Shown here in pieces: positions 7,723 to 19,649 of a DNA stretch of 64,000 nt. The stretch is from an uncultured Bacilli bacterium. GTDB lineage: Bacteria; Bacillota_I; Bacilli_A; RF39; UBA660. The stretch is from NCBI GenBank assembly GCA_910576795.1, contig CAJTIX010000003.1, positions 31,026-95,025 of the forward strand, given 5' to 3'. Below the pieces are notes generated by a model. That model was not told where the DNA came from. It ran no database searches and saw nothing but the letters and a program-made list of their open reading frames with translations. The translations under genes were made by a program, and so were the position numbers. Within the stretch, counting starts at the first letter, position 1; every line of letters starts with the position of its first letter.

Positions 7723-10164
7723 TTATGCTTGCTCTTCTTCCTCTATAATTTCTTCTTTCATCATGACAGCTACAGTACTAACTTTTTGATCATCCTTTAG
7801 ATTGATTAATTTTACTCCCTGAGCAACTCTACCCGTTGTAGAAACTTGCTCTAATGGTAAGCGAATAATAATTCCACTGTCTGTGATAATCATTAAATCT
7901 TCATCACCATGTACAGATTTGAACGAAACAATATTACCATTTTTATCTGTTACATTAAGTGCTTTTACACCTTTACTACCACGGTGTGTGATTCGATATT
8001 CTTCCATATCCGTACGTTTTCCATAACCTTTTTCTGTTACAACTAAAATTTGTTGTCCTTTTTCAGCAATTTCACAACCAACGCAAGAACCATCTCCTAC
8101 ATTAATTCCTTTTACACCGGCTGCTGTTCTTCCCATGATTCTAATTTCAGATTCATCAAAACGAATCATACGACCATTGGATGCTGCGATTAAGATTTCA
8201 TTTTCACCAGTTGTTTTTTTAACAGAAATCAATTGATCATCTTCTTTTAAAGTAATTGCTATTTTACCATTACTTCTAATATTATCAAATTCTCCTATAT
8301 TTGTACGTTTGATTAATCCTTTTTGTGTACAAAATACAATATATTTAGAAATTTCTTCTGTTGCTATTTTTAACATAACTGTTACATATTCATCTTTCTC
8401 AATTGGTAATAAATTAACAATTGGTAATCCCTTAGATTGACGATTGAATAATGGAATTTCATAACCCTTTAATCGATATACTTTTCCTCGATTGGTAAAG
8501 AATAATATATAATCATGTGTTGTCATAGAAATCAAATGTTGCGCGAAATCTTCTTCATTTGTTGCCATACCTTTTATCCCGACACCACCACGATTTTGAC
8601 TTTTATAGGTCTCACTATTTACACGTTTGATATATCCTTTGTTGGTTAATGTAATGACTACATTTTCAACAGGAATCAAAGATTCATCTTCAATATAGTC
8701 AATTGCAGACATATCAATTGATGTTCTTCTTTCATCACCATATTTTGATTTAATCTCTAAGGATTCTGTTTTAATGATTTCTAAAACACGTGACATATTT
8801 GCCAAGATATCTTTCAAATCGGCGATTGTAATTTCTAATTCTTTCAATTCTGATTCTGTCTTTTCTCTTTCTAAACCTGTTAATCTTCTCAATTTCATTT
8901 CTAGGATTGATTTTCCTTGAATTTCAGAAAGACCAAAACGATTCATTAATTGTTCTAAAGCTTCTTCATCTGTTTTTGATTTTTTGATCAATTGGACAAT
9001 CTCATCAATATGATCTAAAGCAATCATTAAACCTTCTAAAATATGAGCTCTAGCGAGGGCCTTATCTAAGTCAAATTGTGTACGTCTTACGATAACTTGC
9101 TTTTGATGTTCCAAATAACATTCTAAGATTGTTTTCAATGGTAGTATGCGTGGTTCATTATCAACAAGCGCTAAATTATTAATACCATATGTTGTTTGCA
9201 ATGAAGTATGTTTATATAAATTATTGAGTACTACATTGGCATTGGCATCTCTTCTAATTTCAATGACAATTTTAATTCCATCACGATTGGATTCATCTCT
9301 TAAATCTGTAATTCCATCGATTGTTTTATCTCTTACTAATTCCGCAATACGAGTTATTAGCATAGCTTTATTTACCATATATGGAATCTCTGTGACAATA
9401 ATTTGATGTTTTCCATTTGTCATTTCTTCAATAGAAGCCCTAGAACGAATTGTAATAATTCCTTTTCCAGTTTCGTAAGCTCTTCTAATACCACTATTTC
9501 CAAGAATCACAGCTCCTGTTGGAAAATCTGGTCCTTTGATATATTCCATTAACTCCATTGTGTCAATTTCTGGATTGTCAATTAATGCTACTAAACCATC
9601 TATTACTTCTCCTAAATTATGAGGAGGCATATTGGTTGCCATACCGACTGCAATTCCAGTGGTTCCATTGACTAATATATTTGGAAATCTGGAAGGTAAT
9701 ACACTTGGTTCTTTTTCTTCTGCTGTATAAGTAGGAACAAAATCAACCGTATTTTTGTTAATATCTCTAACAAGCTCCATACTAATTTTTGACATTCTTG
9801 CTTCTGTATAACGTTGTGCTGCAGCTCCATCGCCATCGATTGAACCAAAATTTCCATGCCCATCGACAAGCATATAGCGATAACTGAAATCTTGTGCCAT
9901 ACGTACCAGTGCATCATATATACTAGAATCTCCATGTGGATGGAAACGTCCCATAACATCTCCTGTAATACGAGCTGATTTTTTATGTGCTACATTGGCT
10001 GTCGCACCTAAATCATTCATTCCATATACAATTCTTCTTTGTACTGGTTTTAGTCCATCTCGGACATCTGGTAAAGCACGAGCAACAATAACACTCATCG
10101 CATAATCGATAAATGATTTTTTGATTTCTTTTTCAAAATGTAATTCTTTTAATATTCCAGCCAT
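7723..10164 (-). CDS. gyrA: DNA gyrase subunit A
   Basis: 813 aa with the active-site Tyr region ([10 protein letters not shown]), a QRDR-like segment and C-terminal beta-pinwheel repeats. Confidence 0.95.
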   Translation of the reverse strand: MAGILKELHFEKEIKKSFIDYAMSVIVARALPDVRDGLKPVQRRIVYGMNDLGATANVAHKKSARITGDVMGRFHPHGDSSIYDALVRMAQDFSYRYMLVDGHGNFGSIDGDGAAAQRYTEARMSKISMELVRDINKNTVDFVPTYTAEEKEPSVLPSRFPNILVNGTTGIAVGMATNMPPHNLGEVIDGLVALIDNPEIDTMELMEYIKGPDFPTGAVILGNSGIRRAYETGKGIITIRSRASIEEMTNGKHQIIVTEIPYMVNKAMLITRIAELVRDKTIDGITDLRDESNRDGIKIVIEIRRDANANVVLNNLYKHTSLQTTYGINNLALVDNEPRILPLKTILECYLEHQKQVIVRRTQFDLDKALARAHILEGLMIALDHIDEIVQLIKKSKTDEEALEQLMNRFGLSEIQGKSILEMKLRRLTGLEREKTESELKELEITIADLKDILANMSRVLEIIKTESLEIKSKYGDERRTSIDMSAIDYIEDESLIPVENVVITLTNKGYIKRVNSETYKSQNRGGVGIKGMATNEEDFAQHLISMTTHDYILFFTNRGKVYRLKGYEIPLFNRQSKGLPIVNLLPIEKDEYVTVMLKIATEEISKYIVFCTQKGLIKRTNIGEFDNIRSNGKIAITLKEDDQLISVKKTTGENEILIAASNGRMIRFDESEIRIMGRTAAGVKGINVGDGSCVGCEIAEKGQQILVVTEKGYGKRTDMEEYRITHRGSKGVKALNVTDKNGNIVSFKSVHGDEDLMIITDSGIIIRLPLEQVSTTGRVAQGVKLINLKDDQKVSTVAVMMKEEIIEEEEQA

Positions 10165-10174
10165 ATTACACCTC

Positions 10175-12103
<1,929 letters not shown>

Positions 12104-13216
12104 TTATTCCACCTCTTCTATTGTTTTTATTGTTCCTTGTACAATTTCAATTAATTTTGATTGTTTTCGAATAGTTTCATCAATATCTTTTAAATCTGTT
12201 GTTGTTATGATTGTTTGAAGATCTGATTTGATATAATGTAATAAGTTATTCTTTTTACCATCATCCAATTCACTAAATACATCATCCAATAATAAAATTG
12301 GATTTTCTTTTTTATAGGATTTAAATATTTGAATTTCAGCCAATTTCAAAGATAAAATTGCCATTCTTTGTTGTCCTTGTGAACCATAGCTTTTTAACTG
12401 CATATGATCTATATAAAAAGAAAAATCATCCCGATGAGGTCCAATTAAAGTTGTTTTGTAACGTAATTCCTTTTCTCTTACTGATTGAAAAAGGTTTTCT
12501 ATTTTTTCTTTTAATTTTTTTTCATCGGAGTCATATTCGACAAAAGATTGATATACTAAATGAAAATTTTCTAATGATGATATATTGAAAAAGATATAAC
12601 CAATATAAGAATTGATCTTATCTATAAATTTTTTTCGCATTTTCAATAATAAAATAGATTTATCAATTAAATAAGAAGTTAAAACTGAAAAATAATTTTC
12701 ATCAAATTGATTCCAATTTAACTTTATGTAATCATTACGCATTTTTAAAAGACGATTATAATCATTTAATATATTGTAATAATTAGAATTCAATTGACTC
12801 AGTTCTAAATTCAAAAATCTTCTTCTCATATTTGGAGATCCTTTAATCAATTCCAAATCATCAGGATAGAAGATAATAATATTCATTTTTGATAAATAGT
12901 CCCCTACTTTTTTCACAGGGTCTCCATCGATCTTGAGTTGTTTTTTTTTCTCTTCTAAATCAATTTCAAATTCAGTTGTAATTTCATCTATATATGCATT
13001 TCCAATTATTTTTGCTCTTGTATTATTTTCTTGAATTAAATTACTGTCAATAAAAGAGCGATGAGATTTGGTTAAAGCAAGTACATAGATGGCTTCTAAT
13101 AAATTGGTTTTTCCCTGCGCATTTTCCCCATAAATAATATTGATCCCTTTATGAAATGTTAATGAAAGTGTGTTATAATTTCTAAAATGATTTAATTGAA
13201 TATCCTTAATATACAT
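12104..13216 (-). CDS. recF: DNA replication and repair protein RecF
   Basis: 370 aa. Walker A GENAQGKT and an SMC-like signature motif. Start abuts the gyrB... order dnaN-X-recF-gyrB. Confidence 0.9.
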   Translation of the reverse strand: MYIKDIQLNHFRNYNTLSLTFHKGINIIYGENAQGKTNLLEAIYVLALTKSHRSFIDSNLIQENNTRAKIIGNAYIDEITTEFEIDLEEKKKQLKIDGDPVKKVGDYLSKMNIIIFYPDDLELIKGSPNMRRRFLNLELSQLNSNYYNILNDYNRLLKMRNDYIKLNWNQFDENYFSVLTSYLIDKSILLLKMRKKFIDKINSYIGYIFFNISSLENFHLVYQSFVEYDSDEKKLKEKIENLFQSVREKELRYKTTLIGPHRDDFSFYIDHMQLKSYGSQGQQRMAILSLKLAEIQIFKSYKKENPILLLDDVFSELDDGKKNNLLHYIKSDLQTIITTTDLKDIDETIRKQSKLIEIVQGTIKTIEEVE

Positions 13217-13310
13217 ATAACACCTTCTTTTTGCATTTTTATGGGCTATATTAAAACGTTATATGAAATTAATATACCTATACATATATATCATTATAGC
13301 ACAAATTAAA

Positions 13311-13343
13311 TTAAAAAATAAGCTTTTCTGCTTATTTTCTATA
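13311..13343 (-). terminator. rho-independent terminator after the ComK-like gene
   Basis: On the minus strand, AATAAGCagaaaaGCTTATT is followed by a TTTTTT run, directly 3' of the ORF stop. Confidence 0.5.
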
Positions 13344-13348
13344 AATTA

Positions 13349-13798
13349 TTATGATATTTTCCTACTACGTAAAACAGATTCTAATAAAGTAGATCTTAAA
13401 ATTTGATTTTCTAAAGATCCAGCTGATATATTGATTGGTAATTCATATCCATTTTTAAAAATAATTGTGGTTTTTCCTTTTTCTTTATTATATTTTAATA
13501 TTTTTTTGAGTGAAATCCAATAACAGTTATCAAATCTGGGTGAACTAGTTGGAAAAAAGATAATATCATTACTTTCTTCTATCACAATAGGAGCTTTATA
13601 GTTAATACCAATTAAATTTTTCGTTCCCTCATGTCTTCCTAAATAAGAACTTCCAAAAAATTTACAACTATTATCAATAATTTCGGTTGTTGTTTTATTC
13701 ACAGTTATAATATCTTCTTCTTCAATTACTTTAGAGACATTTTTAGAGATAGGGACAATGGCTAATGTTGAAGAATTGATCTCATAATTTTCGACCAC
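13349..13798 (-). CDS. comK: ComK-family protein (competence transcription factor family), short form
   Basis: 149 aa, GTG start with an AGGAGG RBS. From my recollection of the B. subtilis ComK sequence, blocks align as follows: YEINSSTLAIVP / YEVNGATIAVLP; IIDNSCKFFGSSYLGRHEGT / IVDRSCRFFGSSYAGRKAGT; KAPIVIEESNDIIFFPTSSPRFDNCYWIS / KPPIMVDPSNQIFLFPTLSSTRPQCGWIS; FKNGYELPINISAGSLENQILRS / FSNGKTMELPISYNSFENQVYRT. Confidence 0.55.
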   Translation of the reverse strand: MVENYEINSSTLAIVPISKNVSKVIEEEDIITVNKTTTEIIDNSCKFFGSSYLGRHEGTKNLIGINYKAPIVIEESNDIIFFPTSSPRFDNCYWISLKKILKYNKEKGKTTIIFKNGYELPINISAGSLENQILRSTLLESVLRSRKIS

Positions 13799-13948
13799 TT
13801 ATATTCCTCCTTTCAACTTTATAGACATTCTCCGGATAAACATCTATGCCGGGTACTATATACATTGTTCATGTCATATTTTGTTGAATTATGTCAGAAA
13901 ATTATGAAAATTGCATTTTTATGCAAAAAAATAGACCATTTAGGCCTA

Positions 13949-15070
13949 TTAATAAGTACGAATTGGTAAAATCAATTGCGTCAAATCATCACTTTCTGGA
14001 TTTTTGATAATGATTGGTTTAATTTCTCCATTCAATAATAATACAATTTCTTCACTCTCTAAAGATTTTAATGCATCAATCATATATTTTGAACTAAAGG
14101 CAATTTTAATTTCATGATCATTATCTTTTTCCACTTCAATCGTTTCTTCTACATTTCCAATTTCTGGAATATTGGAAGAAATGGTAATGATATTTCCATT
14201 ACTTTCTAATTTGATTGTATTTTTATCAGATTCATTCGTTAACAAAGAAGCACGATCGATTGCAGCATACAAATCATTTAATTTTACTTGAATGGTCAAT
14301 TCATATGTTTCTGGAATTAATTTCGAAGTATCTGGATATGTTCCATTTAATAAACGAGACATCATTACGATACTTTCAAATTTAAATATGACTTTATTAT
14401 TAAAAATATGTAATTCGATTTCTCCTTCCTCTTCATTGATTAATTTCATCAATTCATTTAAATTTCGAGTAGGAATCGTGATATTAATCTCTTCTTCCAA
14501 TGGAGACTCTAGTTCTACCCTTTTACTAGCTAGACGATAAGAATCTGTCGCAGTACATTCTAATATATTATTGGTGATCTTCATATTAATACCAGTTAAA
14601 ATTGGACGTGACTCTTGACTTGAAGTAGCAAATGCAGTTTGTCGAATGATATTTTTGAATACTTTTTTACTAATGACTACTGGTTTTTGATTTTCATTCA
14701 AATCTAAAGTTGGAAATTCGTCTGCGCGATTACAATTTAAATGAAAGGAAGAATTTGTAGTGGTAATTAAGATTTTCTGATCCACTACTTCTTCTATAGA
14801 TACAATTGTATTTGGTAATTTTTTAATAATATCATAAATAAAACGACCTGATACAACGATATCCCCTGTTTTATCAATATGTTCTATATCACTTGCAGGA
14901 ATAAATGTTTTAATAGCAATTTCATTATCTGTACTCATTAAATATAATCCATCAGTTTCAAGTTCAAATTTAATACAATTTAATACTGGTATTATATTTT
15001 TATTTGATATTCCTTTTATCACGTAATTTAAATGTTCGATTAATGTTTCTTGTTTGATTTCAAATTTCAT
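13949..15070 (-). CDS. dnaN: DNA polymerase III beta sliding clamp
   Basis: 373 aa with three-domain beta-clamp architecture. Immediately downstream of dnaA. Confidence 0.9.
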   Translation of the reverse strand: MKFEIKQETLIEHLNYVIKGISNKNIIPVLNCIKFELETDGLYLMSTDNEIAIKTFIPASDIEHIDKTGDIVVSGRFIYDIIKKLPNTIVSIEEVVDQKILITTTNSSFHLNCNRADEFPTLDLNENQKPVVISKKVFKNIIRQTAFATSSQESRPILTGINMKITNNILECTATDSYRLASKRVELESPLEEEINITIPTRNLNELMKLINEEEGEIELHIFNNKVIFKFESIVMMSRLLNGTYPDTSKLIPETYELTIQVKLNDLYAAIDRASLLTNESDKNTIKLESNGNIITISSNIPEIGNVEETIEVEKDNDHEIKIAFSSKYMIDALKSLESEEIVLLLNGEIKPIIIKNPESDDLTQLILPIRTY

Positions 15071-15216
15071 AAATAACTCCTATTCTATATTTTTTTTATA
15101 ATTATTTTTATTATGGAAGTGGAAATTGTGGAAAACTTCTATTTTCTTTGTATTTTCACATAAATATTCATTTTCTTCAATTGGAAAACAAGTGTATAAT
15201 TCCTATTTTTCCACTT
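15071..15216. other. dnaA-dnaN intergenic origin element (AT-rich unwinding region with degenerate DnaA boxes)
   Basis: Long A/T tract TATTTTTTTTATAATTATTTTTATTA. DnaA-box-like TGTGGAAAA at 15128-15136 and TTTTCCACT at 15208-15216. Resembles the B. subtilis incC/DUE arrangement. Confidence 0.45.
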
Positions 15217-16569
15217 TTATTTAATTTGTTCGATAATTTTATTGATTGAAAGTTCTAATTCTGGATTGGATTTAATCTGTGTTTTAATTTTATCTACAGA
15301 ATGCATAACAGTGGTATGATCTTTTCCACCAAATTCAATTCCAATTTTAGGAAGGGACTCTTCTAAAAAGGTCCTACATATGTACATAGCTACTTGTCTT
15401 GGAACCGCGATAGAAGCAGATCGCCTTTTACTTTTGAGTTCTTCTACCGTTATATTGTAATGATTTGCGACCAATTGTTGCACTTGATCTATTTTATTTT
15501 TTGATATGATACTTTTTACAAAATAATCTTTTAAAGCTTCAATTGCCAAATCTAAAGTGATATCACTACCGTTCATCATAGTCGCATAAGCAACCACTCT
15601 TGTAATGGCACCCTCTAATTTCCTAATATCACTCGTACAATTACTTGCAATATATTCTTTTACCTCTTGTGGAAAATTGCTCGCAAGCATATGCCCTTCT
15701 ATTTTATTATCAATAATATTCATTCTTAAATTAAAGTCTGGTTGAAGGATATTAATTGTAAGTCCCCAGTTAAATCGGGTTCTTAATCTGTCTTCCAATA
15801 ATTTTAAATCATCAGGAGACCGATCAGAAGAAATAATGATTTGTTTATTATTTCCATATAAGTCATTAAATGTATTAAAGAATTCTTGTTGTGTTTGATT
15901 GGCATTTCCAAGATATTGAATATCATCAATAATTAAGACGTCAATATTACGATATTTTCTTTTAAAGATCTCAACATTGTCAAAATTATTCCCATCTTTA
16001 TTTTTTTTATTAATGCCAATAAAATCTGATACGAATTTTTCACTGGTCACGTATAATACCGTTTTTTTACTATTTTTTATAATATAATTTCCAATCGCGT
16101 GCATTAAATGGGTTTTTCCCAGTCCACTATTTCCATATATAAATAATGGATTATACATATACCCTGGATTTTCCGCCACTGCTAGAGCCGTCGCTTGTGC
16201 AAATTTATTACTCTCTCCTACAATAAAATTATCGAATGTGTATAATGAATTCAAATTGGTTTCAAAATTTGTATTTGCAGGAACTCCAATTTCATCGGTG
16301 TTAATTTCTACATTAAAATCTACTTCTTCTTTTGTATAGTACTCAAATTTAAAATTCGTACCTGAAATTTCTGAAAAAAGATCTTGAATCATTTCATTAT
16401 AATTTTCTTTCAAGTTTTTTTTATGAATGTGCATCGGAACAATTACTTTCGCTGTATTGTCTTGTAATTCATGTAATTCCGTTTCCGAAAACCAAGTTTC
16501 ATAAGCAATGGGAGAAAGTTCTTCTTTCATTTTATCCAAAAAAGAGTTCCAAAGTTTTTTGGTATCCAA
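15217..16569 (-). CDS. dnaA: chromosomal replication initiator protein DnaA
   Basis: 450 aa. AAA+ Walker A GNSGLGKTH and a C-terminal DnaA-box-binding HTH. TTG start with a GGAGGTG RBS. Confidence 0.95.
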   Translation of the reverse strand: MDTKKLWNSFLDKMKEELSPIAYETWFSETELHELQDNTAKVIVPMHIHKKNLKENYNEMIQDLFSEISGTNFKFEYYTKEEVDFNVEINTDEIGVPANTNFETNLNSLYTFDNFIVGESNKFAQATALAVAENPGYMYNPLFIYGNSGLGKTHLMHAIGNYIIKNSKKTVLYVTSEKFVSDFIGINKKNKDGNNFDNVEIFKRKYRNIDVLIIDDIQYLGNANQTQQEFFNTFNDLYGNNKQIIISSDRSPDDLKLLEDRLRTRFNWGLTINILQPDFNLRMNIIDNKIEGHMLASNFPQEVKEYIASNCTSDIRKLEGAITRVVAYATMMNGSDITLDLAIEALKDYFVKSIISKNKIDQVQQLVANHYNITVEELKSKRRSASIAVPRQVAMYICRTFLEESLPKIGIEFGGKDHTTVMHSVDKIKTQIKSNPELELSINKIIEQIK

Positions 16570-16639
16570 ATCTTACACCTCCATCCCTGATTTGATACCT
16601 ATATTGTACATTATATTGATAGAAAATAAAAGAAAAATT

Positions 16640-16900
16640 GTCAAAAATTGTGGAAAAATAATAAATCACATAGTTATCCACATATAAAATAATTTAAATA
16701 TATGAAAGATTGCAGTTTATCCACTAAAATGTGGAAAATTTTATAAATAATATATGGCTAGGTGTATTTATTATTCACAATTTTGTGGAAAAAGTAAAAA
16801 ATAATGATAATTAAATAGAAATTGATGTGCATAATTGTGTGTAATATGGAATAAGGTAGAAATAGTGGATGTGGAAAATGTTTATAAGAAAAAAATGTTA
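16640..16900. other. oriC: oriC DnaA-box cluster
   Basis: DnaA boxes: TGTGGAAAA at 16649-16657; TTATCCACA (perfect) at 16674-16682; TTATCCACT at 16717-16725; TGTGGAAAA at 16730-16738, 16784-16792 and 16870-16878; plus overlapping AGTGGAT. Flanked by divergent dnaA and rpmH. Confidence 0.75.
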
Positions 16901-16908
16901 GAAAATAT

Positions 16909-16937
16909 TTGACAAATCAACCAAATGTATATATAAT
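16909..16937 (+). promoter_or_regulatory. sigma-A promoter of rpmH-rnpA operon
   Basis: TTGACA at 16909-16914, a 17-bp spacer and TATAAT at 16932-16937. An AGGAGGTG RBS lies before the ATG at 16981. Confidence 0.6.
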
Positions 16938-16980
16938 GTTAAAAGCAAAGCAAAAATTTTAGCACAGGAGGTGTATATAA

Positions 16981-17103
16981 ATGAAGAGAACTTATCAACC
17001 AAATAATCGAAAAAGAAGTAAAAAGCAAGGTTTCTTAGCTCGTATGAAAACGAATATTATCAATAATAGAAGAAGAAAAGGACGTAAAGTTTTATCACAT
17101 TAA
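16981..17103 (+). CDS. rpmH: 50S ribosomal protein L34
   Basis: 40-aa [43 protein letters not shown]. Too short for the ORF track but has a strong RBS and the canonical position before rnpA. Confidence 0.85.
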   Translation: MKRTYQPNNRKRSKKQGFLARMKTNIINNRRRKGRKVLSH

Positions 17104-17108
17104 TAATC

Positions 17109-17136
17109 AACCACTGCGAAATAACAGTGGTTTTTT
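17109..17136 (+). terminator. rho-independent terminator / attenuator after rpmH
   Basis: Hairpin CCACTGcgaaataaCAGTGG followed by TTTTTT. Confidence 0.55.
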
Positions 17137-17155
17137 ATATAAGGAGTGTAATCCA

Positions 17156-17506
17156 ATGAAAAAAATAAATATTATTAAAGAAAACGAAACTTATAATAGA
17201 ATGATTCAAAAAATCAAACCATATAAATATAAAGATTACTTAATATATATAGAAAGAAATCAATCTCCAGTTTACCAATTTGGTTTCTCTGTTGGAAAAA
17301 AAGTGGGAAATGCCGTTACACGAAATAAAATAAAAAGGCAGTTAAAAAATATAATTGACCAAAAAAGCTATCAAAATCACTTTTATTGTATTATAATGGT
17401 AAGGAAGAGTATTTTAGAAAAACCATATAGCGAAATGGAAACAGATCTATTATATGCCTTTTCTAAATTAAATATTATAAAGGAGAATCCAGATGAAAAA
17501 AAATAA
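17156..17506 (+). CDS. rnpA: ribonuclease P protein component
   Basis: 116 aa basic protein with the RNR motif (KVGNAVTRNKIKRQLK). Conserved rpmH-rnpA-yidC order. Confidence 0.85.
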   Translation: MKKINIIKENETYNRMIQKIKPYKYKDYLIYIERNQSPVYQFGFSVGKKVGNAVTRNKIKRQLKNIIDQKSYQNHFYCIIMVRKSILEKPYSEMETDLLYAFSKLNIIKENPDEKK

Positions 17507-18443
17507 AATTTTAAAAGTACTTATTATTTTTGTATTAGTATTTAGCTTAACCGGATGTACTAAATATTTAAAACAAGATGGTAAAACAGTACGGAATGAA
17601 TCCACTGGTCAAAATTTAACTAAAAATATTTTATGTCAACCAGAAGGAGAAACTTTAAAATTATATGAAAAATATAATGAAGAAGTCGAAAAAGAGAATC
17701 AAGTTAAATTAGAAACTCTACCAAAATGCCAGAGTTTAAAAATCACAGAAGGAAAATATGAAGGAATTTGGACATCGATTTTCGTAAAACCACTTGCTTG
17801 GTTTATTATTCAAATTGGAAAATTGGTCAATAGTTATGGACTTGCTTTAATTTTAGCAACCATCATTATAAGAGCCGTTGTTTGGCCATTTACAAAAAAA
17901 ACAGCTTTACAATCTGAAAATTTAAAAAAAGCTCAACCAGAACTGAATAAAATCGAAGCAAAATATAAAAATCGTCAAGATCAAGAAGCAATGATGCAAA
18001 AATCTCAGGAAATGATGATGGTATATAAAAAATATAACATCAATCCATTATCTGGTTGTCTATTCTCATTTATTCAAATTCCACTTTTCTTCGCATTCTA
18101 TGAAGCAATCAGTAGGATTCCTGCAATTTTTGAAGAAACATTCTTAGGATTTCAATTAGGAACTAGCCCAGCTATTGCAGCTTTCCAACATGGGAAATAT
18201 TATTATTTAATCTTTATCGTTGTCATCGCATTAGCAACTTATTATTCATTCAAATTGAATAGTGGTGCTTCCATGGGAAAAGATCAAGAAAAACAAATGA
18301 AAACAATGACCAATGTCATGGTAGTCATCATGACAATTACGGCTTTCTCTATTTCTTCTGGAATTGCCATTTACTGGGTAACCTCAAATGTATTTACAAT
18401 TGTCCAAAACCTATTGGTAAAGCGAGGTAAAAAGAATGTTTAA
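17493..18443 (+). CDS. yidC: membrane protein insertase YidC/SpoIIIJ (lipoprotein)
   Basis: 316 aa. Lipobox LTGC after the signal peptide. 60-kDa inner-membrane-protein core with multiple TM segments. Confidence 0.85.
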   Translation: MKKNKILKVLIIFVLVFSLTGCTKYLKQDGKTVRNESTGQNLTKNILCQPEGETLKLYEKYNEEVEKENQVKLETLPKCQSLKITEGKYEGIWTSIFVKPLAWFIIQIGKLVNSYGLALILATIIIRAVVWPFTKKTALQSENLKKAQPELNKIEAKYKNRQDQEAMMQKSQEMMMVYKKYNINPLSGCLFSFIQIPLFFAFYEAISRIPAIFEETFLGFQLGTSPAIAAFQHGKYYYLIFIVVIALATYYSFKLNSGASMGKDQEKQMKTMTNVMVVIMTITAFSISSGIAIYWVTSNVFTIVQNLLVKRGKKNV

Positions 18444-19050
18444 TATCACAAAGTATGAAGCCAAAACCAAAGAGGAAGCATTAGAAAAATGTTTGAATGA
18501 ATTGAATTGTAGGCAAGAAGATTTATTCTTAAGGTCAGAATTTATAGAAGGAAAATTATTCAAAGGTTCAAAATATATTGTATATGCATTAAAAAAACAA
18601 GAAATATTGGATTTTATCAAAAATTATATTTATCAATTTGCAAAATTAATTCATATCGATATTGAATGTGAAATTTTACTACAAGGAGATACTTATCAAG
18701 TAACATTGGTATCAGATCAAAATGCAATTTTAATTGGAAAAGAAGGAAGAACATTGAATTCTCTTCAATTATTAATCAAACAAGCAATTAGAAAAGAAAC
18801 ACAATTGAATTTAAAATTAAACATTGATGCCTCTAATTATAAAGTGAAAAAATTAAAAGGCATTGAAAGACAAATTAAAATGATTGCGAAAGAAGTATTA
18901 GATAGTAAAATAGATGTTTCTTTAGACCCAATGAATTCATATGAAAGAAGACTTGTCCATTCCTTAATTGGAGAATATGAACATCTTACAACGGAAAGTA
19001 TTGGAGAAGGAAAAGAAAGACACATTATTATAAAATATGTAGAAGAGTAA
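18436..19050 (+). CDS. khpB: Jag/KhpB RNA-binding protein (KH + R3H domains)
   Basis: 204 aa with a C-terminal R3H motif (YERRLVHSLIGEYEHL). Conserved position after yidC. Confidence 0.75.
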   Translation: MFNITKYEAKTKEEALEKCLNELNCRQEDLFLRSEFIEGKLFKGSKYIVYALKKQEILDFIKNYIYQFAKLIHIDIECEILLQGDTYQVTLVSDQNAILIGKEGRTLNSLQLLIKQAIRKETQLNLKLNIDASNYKVKKLKGIERQIKMIAKEVLDSKIDVSLDPMNSYERRLVHSLIGEYEHLTTESIGEGKERHIIIKYVEE

Positions 19051-19129
19051 AAAAACTCTTTTTTGCATATGATAAATTAGATATAATGATTTGACTATTG
19101 AAAAATTATTTTGTAAACTTATATAGGAA

Positions 19130-19648
19130 ATGGGGAATATTGATATGTCATGCGATTACAAAGAAGAATATTATCAAATTGTAAAAGAAATATTAAGCCA
19201 CGAAGAATTTCAAAAGCGAAAAACATATAAACATCATGGTGATATTACTGTTTATGAGCATTCATTAAAAGTATCAAAACTGGCATATGTAATCGCACGC
19301 AGATTAAATAAAGATTATAAAAGTGCAGCCATTGGTGGCTTATTACATGATTTTTATGATAAACCATGGCAAGAAGATACAAGTAAAAAACCCTTTTTTC
19401 AAAAACATGGATTTGTCCATGCAAAACAAGCAATGATCAATGCAAATAAATATTTTCCAGAATTAATGAATGAGAAAATAAACAATATTATTGTAAGACA
19501 TATGTTTCCACTGAATAAAATTCCTCCAAAATACATAGAAAGTTGGATTGTATCATTTGCAGATAAATATGTTTCGTTCGAAGTATTTTTACAACCAACA
19601 AAATTACCATTGTTATTTGGTTTTCATAAAAAAGCAAAAGGAGAGTAG
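19130..19648 (+). CDS. HD-domain phosphohydrolase
   Basis: 172 aa. HD motif residues H...HD (GGLLHDFYDKPW) and a downstream His/Asp pair. Confidence 0.65.
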   Translation: MGNIDMSCDYKEEYYQIVKEILSHEEFQKRKTYKHHGDITVYEHSLKVSKLAYVIARRLNKDYKSAAIGGLLHDFYDKPWQEDTSKKPFFQKHGFVHAKQAMINANKYFPELMNEKINNIIVRHMFPLNKIPPKYIESWIVSFADKYVSFEVFLQPTKLPLLFGFHKKAKGE

Positions 19649-19649
19649 T

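Noticed and set aside
13799-13948. Possible hairpins (CCGG...CCGG, TTGCAT-n4-ATGCAA) between dnaN and the ComK-like gene as a terminator
   Set aside because: The stems are only 4-6 bp and AT-rich, and the T-run is on the wrong side. Not convincing as an intrinsic terminator.
19548-19649. N-terminal 34-codon extension of the mnmE ORF in the six-frame track
   Set aside because: The extension overlaps the HD-domain gene and lacks an RBS. ATG at 19650 has an AAAGGAG RBS and yields the canonical MnmE N-terminus.
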